64,000 bases of DNA, from IMG/VR virus record IMGVR_UViG_3300025769_000069; one strand, given 5' to 3'. Both the position numbers and the translations under genes were made by a program. Source of the stretch: a virus. The notes under the pieces were generated by a model. The model searched no databases. It worked only from the letters and a program-made list of their open reading frames with translations, and was not told the DNA's origin. Below, one piece after another: positions 41,401 through 49,220 of this stretch (positions are counted from its first letter, which is position 1; the number at the start of each line of letters is the position of its first letter).

Positions 41401-42041
41401 GTGGTTCAGCTGGCGTAAACTATAACTCATCTACTGGTGCATTTGATGTAGATGAAGCTAACGTAATACATAATAACTTATCAGGCTTTGTAGCTGATGA
41501 GCATATTGCTCACAGTGGTGTATCAATAACAGCCGGTAACGGTCTAACTGGTGGTGGTACAATAGCTGCTAGCAGAACAATTAATGTTGGAGCTGGTACT
41601 GGTGTTACTGTTAATGCTAATGATATTGCGATTGGACAAGATGTTGCTACTTCAGCATCACCTACGTTTGCTGGTGGTACATATACTAGCAATGTTACAT
41701 TCCAAGGTAATATACAATTAGATGAATTTGTAATTAATTCTCAAACTACTACTACCGCAACAGTTTCTCAAACTGCAGTTGCTACATTCTCTGCAACAAC
41801 ATATGGTTCAGCAGAGGCAGTAGTTACAGCAAAAGATGGATCGAATAGACATATAACTAAATTCTTAATAGTACATAATGGAACAAGTGCTTCTCATTCA
41901 GAATATGGTACAGTCTTAACAAATACAAGTTTAGCTACATATGATGTAGATGTAAGTGGAGGAAATGTAAGAATACTAGCAACACCAGCGTCATCAAATA
42001 GCACGGTGTTCAATGTTTCTCTTACATTAATTGATGCATAA
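35466..42041 (+). CDS. Giant repeat-rich tail fibre (2191 aa)
   Basis: About 10 EGSxNLYYT repeats, YGSAS and AGTGLTGGGTI repeats, duplicated blocks, C-terminal HNGT...EYG domain. Confidence 0.8.
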   Translation: MADRIITTKIKNVKVGRPIRSTVGATITFGGLSDTLITLQAHDDTIIWDSDYARWVNVPSLTLIDSAVSNNSTLQSSIRELISGSGDVQYNSSTGVISLTTTQSNFDSNFNVAIDAAALDGVGLAYDSGTRALSIDSAELASYYRQDIRSYFSADGDLSYNATTGEFSFDVENVYTQANFDSDFNTTLDNAAIDGVGLTYDAENNKLSIDSAELSQYYSTNDITEGSNNLYYTTARSDSDFDVRLATKTTSDVSEGTNLYYTTTRFDSDFAAIFDSNFNIALDGAALNGNGLDYNDFDNTLSIADTLVEAGNYGGVTTSLDLRILSTGQIDSAVARPIAVVQAFTFSDSSRGQFTINTPAGDFTATMGEYVTDEARAALVAGTGVTYDSANGIISIGQAVATSSNVQFNNLTLDGDLTVNGTTTTINSTTISVNDKNIVLADSAVDSAATDGAGITVATSGASITYDHTNATWDLNRPLGRDINVLSEHSTDDVSEGSNLYYTTARANTDFDTRLATKTTGDLTEGSNLYYTRSRFDSDLASDPSVSSIRTYFSTTGDLSYDNSTGVFSFNVEDAYTQENFESDFTQAVDSISTNLIPGADITYDLGSSSRRWRDLYLSGSSINLGNLVITDSSGIFAVKDSAGSVVQIDLATNTTNDLAEGSTNLYYTTARFDSDFGDNTTSDLTEGSNLYYTDDRVNTFLGSGSATTLTTTGNVTVGGDLTVNGTTTTINSTTLSVNDKNIVLADSAADSSAANGAGITVAGANATILYDHANATWDLNRPLGRDINVLSEHSTTDLSEGSNLYYTRARFDSALGDTTSTSTIRGYFSAGGDLSYNSSTGEFSFDVENVYTKANFDSDFNYALDSAALGGTGLTYTASTNTLSITNTGVDSGVYGSASLVPVLTINAQGQIDSAGTVSVAGVSSVTFDSANYNYTISTADGGSYLKNIHTRPTLSNIAGTYGSASAVPIVKVDQFGHVDSISTVSVAGVTNFAYDSAEGRLTISTADGGSYPTVVTLDPFTTTNLSEGSNLYYTTARFDSDFGDNTTSDLTEGSNLYYTTARADSDAKAAISVTDAGGDGSLTYNSGVITYTGPSASEVRAHFTAGTGVSISSGEVSIGQPVATTSDVTFAKITGDSANLDNIKFTTLSTPPSSTFGTMYYDSDEQKGPSITLRTLENTAPGVTLNVGQEILLYVHNLTGAQVNNGDVVYISGTAHGKHPQISLAKADASSTAQPTGVATMDIPDGAHGWVTRYGMVRDLDTSAYTAGDVLYLSKDSDGKLTNTSITVDEGYPVHIARVMTADASAGMILVDPFSEHFEYLRVQDRVKIDGSLQADSAALGQIEFSTSWADSHIGFTEGALWYDPYHKNLNYYTDFDHPIEIGMQVIERVYNETGSTINKGSPLYYSGNRTDIAGQESPTVALANATSSTKYNVQGLAAEDIPNNSYGQIVVAGVIDGFDTSSLNAGENFFVGLTDGAVQNAPPSYPNYPMCLGWVIISDPSNGKVIINQQNHSVNSFRVQGDTHISSNLIVDGNFTVNGTQTIASTENVNIGGNIQYLNAGNTIGEDNTVFVGTGLDDAFYAGHYSGDSSSKSFFVKIDGTGTPDTFEWGFDSSVGTEATGVAITGAEQTLAAGISIDFGATTGHTSGDKWTGTASALNTDTGLFSNKNEGDAGNGYTHIGLYWDASEDEWTFVGQYESEPTAPIDRSAPTFQYGDVRGKDFYGTTFNGALSGNATTATRLQTARNFSLTGDITASAVSFDGTGNIQLTTAYNPNSIVNGDISPTAAIVDTKLATISTAGKVQNGATTATSANTASAIVARDASGNFSAGTITADFDRSANTTVAAGTYGSASLVPVLTIDASGFIDSAGTVSVAGVSSTTWDSDTAIFTINTADGGSYETRTLINSNLVNHDNTTGFVADEHIAHSGVTITAGTGLTGGGTIAASRTLNVVGGNGIIANANDIQIDSANVRGMFSGSAGVNYNSSTGAFDVDEANVIHNNLSGFVADEHIAHSGVSITAGNGLTGGGTIAASRTINVGAGTGVTVNANDIAIGQDVATSASPTFAGGTYTSNVTFQGNIQLDEFVINSQTTTTATVSQTAVATFSATTYGSAEAVVTAKDGSNRHITKFLIVHNGTSASHSEYGTVLTNTSLATYDVDVSGGNVRILATPASSNSTVFNVSLTLIDA

Positions 42042-42074
42042 TAATTTTCCCGGTGGCGAGGAAGGTGTAATTAA

Positions 42075-44297
42075 ATGGTAAAAAAACCATTTATAATAAA
42101 AGATCAGGAACTGAGAGTCGGTAACAATAGAGTTATTGACTCAGATGGGCAATGGGTTGGATCAACAACTGGAATCTCTGGTTATCAAGGAGATACTGGA
42201 GTTAGTGGTGCTCAGGGTAGGCAGGGTGTAGCTGGTATTCTTGGAGTTGCAGGCTTTCAAGGACCGGGTGGAGCAACTGGTGCTGGGGGTGCTCAAGGTG
42301 TCCAAGGTTCTGCTGGATCAGCTGGTCCTCAAGGTTTCCAAGGTCGACAAGGTTTTCAAGGTGTTCAAGGATATACTGGTGTTCAAGGTCCACAGGGACC
42401 TCAAGGATCTACTGGTGCAACTGGTAGACAAGGTGTCGGTGGTGTTCAAGGTGCTGCTGGCCGGCAGGGTGTCCAAGGTGCACAAGGTCCTCAGGGACCA
42501 CAGGGACCACAAGGTTCAAGAGGGCCACAGGGTGGCGCTGGACCCACTGGAGCAACAGGTAGAACTGGTGTTGCCGGTGTTCAAGGTTATCAGGGTGTTC
42601 AAGGCTACCAGGGAACTCAGGGTGCTCGTGGACCACAGGGACCGCAAGGTCCAGTAGGACCAACTGGTGCGACTGGTCGACAAGGTGCTCAGGGTGCTGC
42701 TGGTCGTCAGGGTGTTCAAGGATACCAGGGAACACAGGGTGCTAGAGGACCACAAGGACCGCAGGGTCCGGTAGGACCAACTGGAGCATCTGGTCGTCAA
42801 GGTGGAGTTCCAGGTGCCGGCACAGTAACTTATCAAATATATTCAACTCATGGTGGCAGCGGTAACACTAGTCAATACTCAAATTTTCCTACAAACTCTA
42901 CAAACTTTGATGCGTATTTCAATACAAACTATTCAAACACAACTTTGCACAGCTCTGGTTCAGCTGCAATAACTACAATTTTAAATTGGACAAATTATAC
43001 TACTTTGACTGGTGCTGGAATATCAGTACCAAATTCTGGTAATTATTTTTCTGTAATAGTTTCAGGTACGTTCAGACCTCTTGAAACTGGTACTTACACG
43101 TTTACTGCAGAATCTGATGATGCTATTGACTTGTTTATTAATAATACTAATGTGGCTAGTTTTTATGGCGGAAGAGGTACTCCAGCTTTAGGAACAACTA
43201 CAGGAACCATTTCTTTAACCGCTGGTACTACATATACGTTTAGAGCTCGTACTCAAGAGTATGGTGGTGGCGAAGGTATGAGAGTCTTTTGGAAAAAGCC
43301 ATCAGAATCTGCTGGTTCAACATGGTATCAACACACTGCTGAACTTGGTGTTGCCGGCACAAGAGGACCTCTTGGTTATCAAGGAACTCAGGGTGCTCGT
43401 GGACCACAGGGACCTCAAGGACCGGTAGGACCAAATGGTGCTACTGGCCGACAAGGTGTCGGAGGCGCGCAAGGTCGTCAAGGTGTTCAAGGCTACCAGG
43501 GAACTCAGGGACCACAGGGATCAAGAGGACCACAGGGTTCTAGAGGACCACAGGGAGCAACTGGTAGACAAGGTCATCAGGGTGTTCAGGGTTATCAGGG
43601 TGTTCAGGGTTATCAGGGACCAAGAGGACCGCAAGGCGCTAGAGGACCACAGGGAGCAAGAGGTCCACAGGGTCCTACAGGACCAGCAGGAGCAACTGGT
43701 GTTGGTGGTGCAACTGGTCCTGGTGGACCAGCATCTTACACAGGATATACTGGTAGATCTGGTGTTCAAGGTAAGGCTGGTGCTCAGGGTTATCAGGGTG
43801 CCCAGGGATCTAGAGGACCACAAGGTCCACAAGGAACTTCATCTGCAAGTGGTGGATACAATCCTGCTACTGTTACACATAGCTATCTTTCAGTAAATAT
43901 TGGAGCAGCTTCTCCTACTGGAACAATTCAAGCAACTGGATCTATTACTGCTGGATATTCTGACAAAAGATTAAAACATGAAATTGAAATTATTAAAGAC
44001 GCAGTTGATAAATTAAAGTCTATTACTGGAATTTATTTTAGAACAAATGAAACCGGAAAGAAATTAGGTTTGGATACTGGAAGAAGACAAATTGGCTTGA
44101 TTGCTCAACAAATAGAAGCAATCGCTCCAGAATTAGTAACCAAAGCAGCATTAGCTGAAGAATTAGATAATGGAAATAATTATCTTACTGTAAAGTATGA
44201 TCGAGTAGTTGCTCTATTGTTACAAGCTATAAAAGAACAACAAGCACAAATAAATATATTGAAGCAAAAAGTAGAGCAAAGAGAAGTAAATGGCTAA
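42075..44297 (+). CDS. Collagen-like fibre chain 1 with inserted PA14-like domain and S74 intramolecular chaperone
   Basis: Gly-X-Y at aa 33-242 and 425-589; insert with [27 protein letters not shown]; GYSDKRLK...GLIAQ...V.Y. Confidence 0.88.
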   Translation: MVKKPFIIKDQELRVGNNRVIDSDGQWVGSTTGISGYQGDTGVSGAQGRQGVAGILGVAGFQGPGGATGAGGAQGVQGSAGSAGPQGFQGRQGFQGVQGYTGVQGPQGPQGSTGATGRQGVGGVQGAAGRQGVQGAQGPQGPQGPQGSRGPQGGAGPTGATGRTGVAGVQGYQGVQGYQGTQGARGPQGPQGPVGPTGATGRQGAQGAAGRQGVQGYQGTQGARGPQGPQGPVGPTGASGRQGGVPGAGTVTYQIYSTHGGSGNTSQYSNFPTNSTNFDAYFNTNYSNTTLHSSGSAAITTILNWTNYTTLTGAGISVPNSGNYFSVIVSGTFRPLETGTYTFTAESDDAIDLFINNTNVASFYGGRGTPALGTTTGTISLTAGTTYTFRARTQEYGGGEGMRVFWKKPSESAGSTWYQHTAELGVAGTRGPLGYQGTQGARGPQGPQGPVGPNGATGRQGVGGAQGRQGVQGYQGTQGPQGSRGPQGSRGPQGATGRQGHQGVQGYQGVQGYQGPRGPQGARGPQGARGPQGPTGPAGATGVGGATGPGGPASYTGYTGRSGVQGKAGAQGYQGAQGSRGPQGPQGTSSASGGYNPATVTHSYLSVNIGAASPTGTIQATGSITAGYSDKRLKHEIEIIKDAVDKLKSITGIYFRTNETGKKLGLDTGRRQIGLIAQQIEAIAPELVTKAALAEELDNGNNYLTVKYDRVVALLLQAIKEQQAQINILKQKVEQREVNG

Positions 44298-45963
44298 GAA
44301 ACCCTTTATAGTTCAAGAAGGAGTTACTGTTAATGGCACAGATGTCATTGACAATACCGGAAAGTGGGTTGCTAGCGCTGTTAATATTAGAGGTCCTCAA
44401 GGACCACAGGGTAGACAAGGTGCTCAAGGACCACAGGGTAGATCTGGATTAGATGGATCTCAAGGTCCACAGGGTGCAACCGGAGTTGCTGGGTTCCAAG
44501 GTCGCCAAGGTGCTCAAGGTGCAGTTGGTGCTCAAGGGATACAAGGTCCTCAGGGACCACAAGGACCACAAGGTGCTCGTGGGCCACAAGGTTCTGCTGG
44601 ACCAACAGGTGCAACTGGAGTTGCAGGTGTTCAAGGTTATCAGGGTGTTCAAGGATATACTGGTGTACAAGGTGCACAAGGTGTTCAAGGTTCTGCTGGA
44701 CCAACTGGTGCTGGAGGTAGAACTGGTGTTGGTGGTGTAACAGGTCCAACTAGTGGCGTAACAGGGTTTCAAGGTTATCAGGGTCGACAAGGTACACAAG
44801 GACCGCAAGGTGCTAGAGGACCGCAAGGACCAACCGGTGTTGGCGGGGTCGGTGGATCCACCGGTGCTTCAAGTAGTGTTGCTGGGTATCAAGGTAGACA
44901 GGGTGCAGTTGGTGCTCAAGGAACACAAGGTCCAAGAGGTCCTCAAGGTCCAACTGGTGTTGGAGGAGTAGGCGGGTCCACCGGTGCTTCAAGTAGTGTA
45001 GCAGGTTATCAAGGCAGACAAGGATCAAATGGTGCTCAAGGCGGGACAGGACCACGGGGACCACAAGGTCCAACCGGTGTTGGAGGAGTAGGCGGATCCA
45101 CCGGTGCTTCAAGTAGTGTTGCTGGTGTTCAAGGCTACCAAGGTGTTCAAGGTTATCAGGGAACTCAAGGTGCTAGAGGACCACAGGGATCGACCGGTGC
45201 AACTGGTGTTGGTGGTGTAACAGGTGTTGGTGGTGTAACAGGTACTCAAGGTGTTCAAGGTCCTCAAGGTTCGCGTGGACCACAGGGTTCTAGAGGACCA
45301 CAAGGTTCAACAGGTGTTACTGGTGTTGGTGGTGTTAGTGGTGCAGCAAGTGCTACTACTGGTCCGACAGGTAGAACTGGTTTCCAAGGCGTTCAGGGAT
45401 ATGCTGGTTATCAAGGTGCTAGAGGACCGCAAGGACCACAGGGTGCTCAAGGTTATCAGGGAACTCAAGGTGCTAGAGGACCACAAGGAGGAGGAGGACC
45501 AACTGGTGTGGCTGGTGCTCAGGGTGCTGCTGGAGCAGTTACTAATACTGCTCAAGTATTAGCATTTGGCGTTGGAACTCCAGCTGGACCAACTGGAGAT
45601 CTAAGAGCATCTGGTAACATTGTATCATATTATTCAGATATTAGATTAAAAGATAAAATTGAATATATTAAAGATCCAAATGTAAAAATAAAGAATTTAA
45701 ATGGTGTATTTTATACTCAAAATGAATTTGCTGAAAAATATGGATACCATGATTATAGAACACAAGTTGGATTAATTGCTCAAGAAGTAAATAAAATATT
45801 ACCTGAAGTTATTGAAGATGCTCCTTTTAACTTAAGAGACAATACAGACGATAAATATTTAACAGTGCGTTATGAACACATTGTTCCTTTATTAGTTGAA
45901 GCTATAAAAGAACAACAAGAAGAAATAGAAGAACTATCTAGGGTATTGTTAAATGGCGACTAA
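44290..45963 (+). CDS. Collagen-like fibre chain 2 with S74 intramolecular chaperone
   Basis: Gly-X-Y at aa 35-417; YYSDIRLK...GLIAQEV...[16 protein letters not shown]. Confidence 0.9.
   Translation: MAKKPFIVQEGVTVNGTDVIDNTGKWVASAVNIRGPQGPQGRQGAQGPQGRSGLDGSQGPQGATGVAGFQGRQGAQGAVGAQGIQGPQGPQGPQGARGPQGSAGPTGATGVAGVQGYQGVQGYTGVQGAQGVQGSAGPTGAGGRTGVGGVTGPTSGVTGFQGYQGRQGTQGPQGARGPQGPTGVGGVGGSTGASSSVAGYQGRQGAVGAQGTQGPRGPQGPTGVGGVGGSTGASSSVAGYQGRQGSNGAQGGTGPRGPQGPTGVGGVGGSTGASSSVAGVQGYQGVQGYQGTQGARGPQGSTGATGVGGVTGVGGVTGTQGVQGPQGSRGPQGSRGPQGSTGVTGVGGVSGAASATTGPTGRTGFQGVQGYAGYQGARGPQGPQGAQGYQGTQGARGPQGGGGPTGVAGAQGAAGAVTNTAQVLAFGVGTPAGPTGDLRASGNIVSYYSDIRLKDKIEYIKDPNVKIKNLNGVFYTQNEFAEKYGYHDYRTQVGLIAQEVNKILPEVIEDAPFNLRDNTDDKYLTVRYEHIVPLLVEAIKEQQEEIEELSRVLLNGD
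44800..45140 (+). repeat. Three 120-bp tandem repeats in collagen chain 2
   Basis: TCCACCGGTGCTTCAAGTAGTGT recurs at a 120-bp period. Confidence 0.85.
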
Positions 45964-47635
45964 AAAGTTTGACATAAAAAATGGATTAACTATCAGAGGT
46001 AGTTCAAATATCCCAGTAATTGATAGTGATGGTAATTGGATAGGTCCAACAACTTTAGTTGGTACTGGTCCGCAGGGTGCTCAGGGTGCTGCCGGTCCGC
46101 AAGGTGTTCAAGGAACAAATGGTACACAAGGACCATCTGGTCCGCAGGGTGTTCAAGGTCCTCAAGGTCCTCAGGGACCAGCTGGAAGACAGGGTACAAA
46201 TCCAACAGGAGCAACTGGTGTTGGTGGTAGAACTGGTGTTGGTGGTGTAACAGGTGCAACTAGTGGTGTAGCTGGTTTCCAAGGCCGACAAGGTACACAA
46301 GGACCGCAAGGTGCTAGAGGACCACAAGGTCCACAAGGTGTTCAGGGAGCAGCTGGAGTATCAAATGCAACTGGTTTCCAAGGTCGACAAGGTTATCAAG
46401 GTGTTCAAGGATATACTGGTGTTCAAGGACCACAAGGTCCACAGGGACCTCAAGGATCTACTGGTGCTACTGGCCGACAAGGTGTTGGTGGTCGACAAGG
46501 TGTTCAGGGTGTTCAGGGATATACTGGTTATCAGGGTCCTCAAGGACCGCAAGGACCACAGGGAGCAGCTGGTCGTCAGGGATCAACTGGTGCAACGGGT
46601 GTAGCTGGTAGACAAGGTCATCAGGGTGTTCAGGGATATACTGGTTATCAAGGTACTCAGGGTCCTCAAGGACCACAGGGTCCAGCAGGAGCACAGGGTG
46701 CAGTTGGTGCTCAAGGTGGTTCTGGTCGTCAAGGTCGTCAAGGTGTTCAGGGATATACTGGTTATCAGGGTGCGCAAGGTGCTAGAGGACCACAAGGTGC
46801 TAGAGGACCACAAGGTCCAACCGGTAGAATTGGTGTAACTGGTGTGGCTGGTCGACAAGGTTATCAAGGTGTTCAGGGTTATCAAGGTGTTCAGGGTTAT
46901 CAAGGACCAGCAGGAGCAACTGGTAGAGGTGGTGTTGCTGGCCGTCAAGGTGTTACTGGCCGTCAAGGTGTTCAGGGTTATCAAGGCGTTCAGGGTTATG
47001 GCGGAGCATCTGGTTATCAAGGTACACAAGGACCACAGGGTCCTAGAGGACCGCAAGGGCCGCAAGGAGCAGCGACAGGGACAGGTCCTCAAGGTTCGCG
47101 TGGACCACAGGGTCCAACTGGAGTAACTGGTCCTTCAGGTGTTGCTGGTAGACAAGGTGCTCAAGGTTATCAGGGATACGCCGGCGTAGCTGGAACAACA
47201 ACTCAAGTAGATAAACTATTAGTTGGATCTCCAGCACCAGCATCAACTTCAATGGGAGTTGGAGATATTAGAGCAGCAAGTTATATTACAGCAGGTTACT
47301 CTGATATTAGATTAAAAAATGTAAAAGGGCCAATAGATAATCCTATAAAAAGAATTAGCAAATTAAATGGTTATTATTATTCTCCAAATGAATTAGCAAA
47401 AAATATTGCAAATGACTTTTCTGGACGGAAAATTGGCCTGATTGCTCAAGAATTAGAACAGGCTTTACCTGAAGTACTTAGAGGTGCTCCGTTTGATATA
47501 AATAAGCATGGACATAGTATTTCTGGCGAGAAGTATTTAACAGTGGACTATCCAAGAGTAATTCCTTTATTAATTGAAGCACTAAAGGAACAAAAAAATC
47601 AAATAGATGATTTAAAATCTAGAATAGGAAAATAA
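45953..47635 (+). CDS. Collagen-like fibre chain 3 with S74 intramolecular chaperone
   Basis: Gly-X-Y at aa 39-416; GYSDIRLK...GLIAQEL...VDYPRVIPLLIEALKE. Confidence 0.9.
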   Translation: MATKKFDIKNGLTIRGSSNIPVIDSDGNWIGPTTLVGTGPQGAQGAAGPQGVQGTNGTQGPSGPQGVQGPQGPQGPAGRQGTNPTGATGVGGRTGVGGVTGATSGVAGFQGRQGTQGPQGARGPQGPQGVQGAAGVSNATGFQGRQGYQGVQGYTGVQGPQGPQGPQGSTGATGRQGVGGRQGVQGVQGYTGYQGPQGPQGPQGAAGRQGSTGATGVAGRQGHQGVQGYTGYQGTQGPQGPQGPAGAQGAVGAQGGSGRQGRQGVQGYTGYQGAQGARGPQGARGPQGPTGRIGVTGVAGRQGYQGVQGYQGVQGYQGPAGATGRGGVAGRQGVTGRQGVQGYQGVQGYGGASGYQGTQGPQGPRGPQGPQGAATGTGPQGSRGPQGPTGVTGPSGVAGRQGAQGYQGYAGVAGTTTQVDKLLVGSPAPASTSMGVGDIRAASYITAGYSDIRLKNVKGPIDNPIKRISKLNGYYYSPNELAKNIANDFSGRKIGLIAQELEQALPEVLRGAPFDINKHGHSISGEKYLTVDYPRVIPLLIEALKEQKNQIDDLKSRIGK

Positions 47636-47639
47636 AGAA

Positions 47640-47894
47640 ATGGCAATAGATCTTTCTACACAAGATATAGAAACACATTCTAAAGAAGGTTTCTTCAATG
47701 AAAACGAAACTGCAGTAGACGCTTCAGTAAATGCTTCTGGATGGTGGAAATTAACTATGGTTGATGGAACATTTACAGCAGCAGCAGCTGCTACTGAAGC
47801 TGAAGATGGTGCAACTGTAAATGAAGCAGCGCAATTAGTATATAATGTGGATGAAACAACTATTCATATGTATGTTAATTTTAACGTAGAATAA
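47640..47894 (+). CDS. Small acidic hypothetical protein
   Basis: Operon context between the collagens and the enzymes. Confidence 0.65.
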   Translation: MAIDLSTQDIETHSKEGFFNENETAVDASVNASGWWKLTMVDGTFTAAAAATEAEDGATVNEAAQLVYNVDETTIHMYVNFNVE

Positions 47895-47916
47895 AATTTA
47901 ATTTTTGAGGTGATTT

Positions 47917-48495
47917 ATGGCATGGCAAGGTGATTGGTGTTATTTTGAATCGTATTTAAATAAACAAGACTGTGAAGAAATAATCGCTCAAGCAAAACTA
48001 TTACCATCACAAGATGCAGTAGTTGGTTTGGGTGAAGATGCTCATCTTACGGAATATCGTAAAAGTAAAGTATCATTTATTCAAGCAGGTGATTGGAGAT
48101 TTCAAAAATTATTTGATGCTTTATGGAAAACACAAATTCAAGCAAATAAAGATTTCTTTAATATCCACGTTAATAGACTTGATTTTGTACAATTTGCAGA
48201 ATATGATGCATCTATTCAAGGCGAATATAAAGAGCATGTAGATACTTTTTGGATGAATGGCGATCCAACACATCATAGAAAAATATCATGTGTATTGCAA
48301 TTATCGGATCCAAATGACTATGATGGTGGTGATTTAGAAATTGTAGATTCTTCTAATCCACCAGATCCAAAAGATTACAGAGCTCAAGGAACTTTTATCT
48401 ATTTTCCTTCAGTCTTAAAACACAAAGCAAATCCAGTTACGAGAGGAACTAGATATAGTATTGCTGCGTGGTTTGAAGGCCCTAAATGGATTTAG
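47917..48495 (+). CDS. 2OG-Fe(II) dioxygenase (prolyl-hydroxylase-like)
   Basis: HVD...RKIS..LQLS...YDGGDL...FPS..KH.A.PVTRGTRYS. Confidence 0.9.
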   Translation: MAWQGDWCYFESYLNKQDCEEIIAQAKLLPSQDAVVGLGEDAHLTEYRKSKVSFIQAGDWRFQKLFDALWKTQIQANKDFFNIHVNRLDFVQFAEYDASIQGEYKEHVDTFWMNGDPTHHRKISCVLQLSDPNDYDGGDLEIVDSSNPPDPKDYRAQGTFIYFPSVLKHKANPVTRGTRYSIAAWFEGPKWI

Positions 48496-49220
48496 CGCAA
48501 GCAAAAGAGTATGATGTTCCTTTTAAATACTTCGTGATAGACAATTTTTTAAAAGCTGATTTAGCACATACTTTATCAAAACAGTTCCCTTCACATTCTT
48601 CTAAAAAATGGTTTGCTTATGACAATCCATTAGAAAGAAAAAAGGCTATTCAAAACTGGGGATCTTTTCCACCGGAAACTTATCAGTTATTTTTATCATT
48701 ATGTTGCGAAAAGTTTACTGATAAATTAAGAAAGCTAACCGGGGATGCATGTCTTAAGCCTGATTATGGATTACATGGTGCTGGTTGGCATATGAGCAAA
48801 AGTGGAGATCATTTAAATATTCATCAAGATTATTCTATTCATCCACTAGCTAATATGCAAAGGAAATGGAACATTATAATCTATCTTACTCCAAACTGGA
48901 AAAAAGAATGGGGTGGAAATTTAGAATTTTGGAGCCATAATGAAGAATTAAATCAAGCAAAGAAAAAAGAAGTATCTATTGATTGTGTATTTAATAGAGC
49001 TGTTTTGTTTGATACCACTCAAAATTCATGGCATGGATTTCCAGAAACAATTAAATGTCCTCAAGGAATATACCGAAAAAGCATTGCAATGTATTATTTG
49101 TCGCCAATACAAGAGAGTGCTGTTGATAGACCTAGAGCATTATATAGTCCACGAGAAGATCAAATAAATAACGATAAGATCCTTGAATTTATTAAGAAAC
49201 GTGCTGAGAAAACATCATGA
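48486..49220 (+). CDS. 2OG-Fe(II) dioxygenase
   Basis: GAGWH, IHQD, YLTPNW...WGGNLE.W, FNRAVLF, SWHG, RKSIAMYY. Confidence 0.9.
   Translation: MDLAQAKEYDVPFKYFVIDNFLKADLAHTLSKQFPSHSSKKWFAYDNPLERKKAIQNWGSFPPETYQLFLSLCCEKFTDKLRKLTGDACLKPDYGLHGAGWHMSKSGDHLNIHQDYSIHPLANMQRKWNIIIYLTPNWKKEWGGNLEFWSHNEELNQAKKKEVSIDCVFNRAVLFDTTQNSWHGFPETIKCPQGIYRKSIAMYYLSPIQESAVDRPRALYSPREDQINNDKILEFIKKRAEKTS

Noticed and set aside
35466-42041. Diversity-generating retroelement or invertible tail-fibre cassette
   Set aside because: No reverse transcriptase or invertase in the window; repeats are direct and in-frame, without obvious adenine-specific variation
42171-47200. High-GC repetitive DNA suggesting a CRISPR array or foreign island
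   Set aside because: 9-bp coding periodicity from Gly, Pro and Gln codons; no repeat-spacer structure
42202-47252. Many alternate-frame and antisense ORFs (LVHKVLKV-type and TLWS-type)
   Set aside because: Expected by-products of Gly-X-Y codon periodicity
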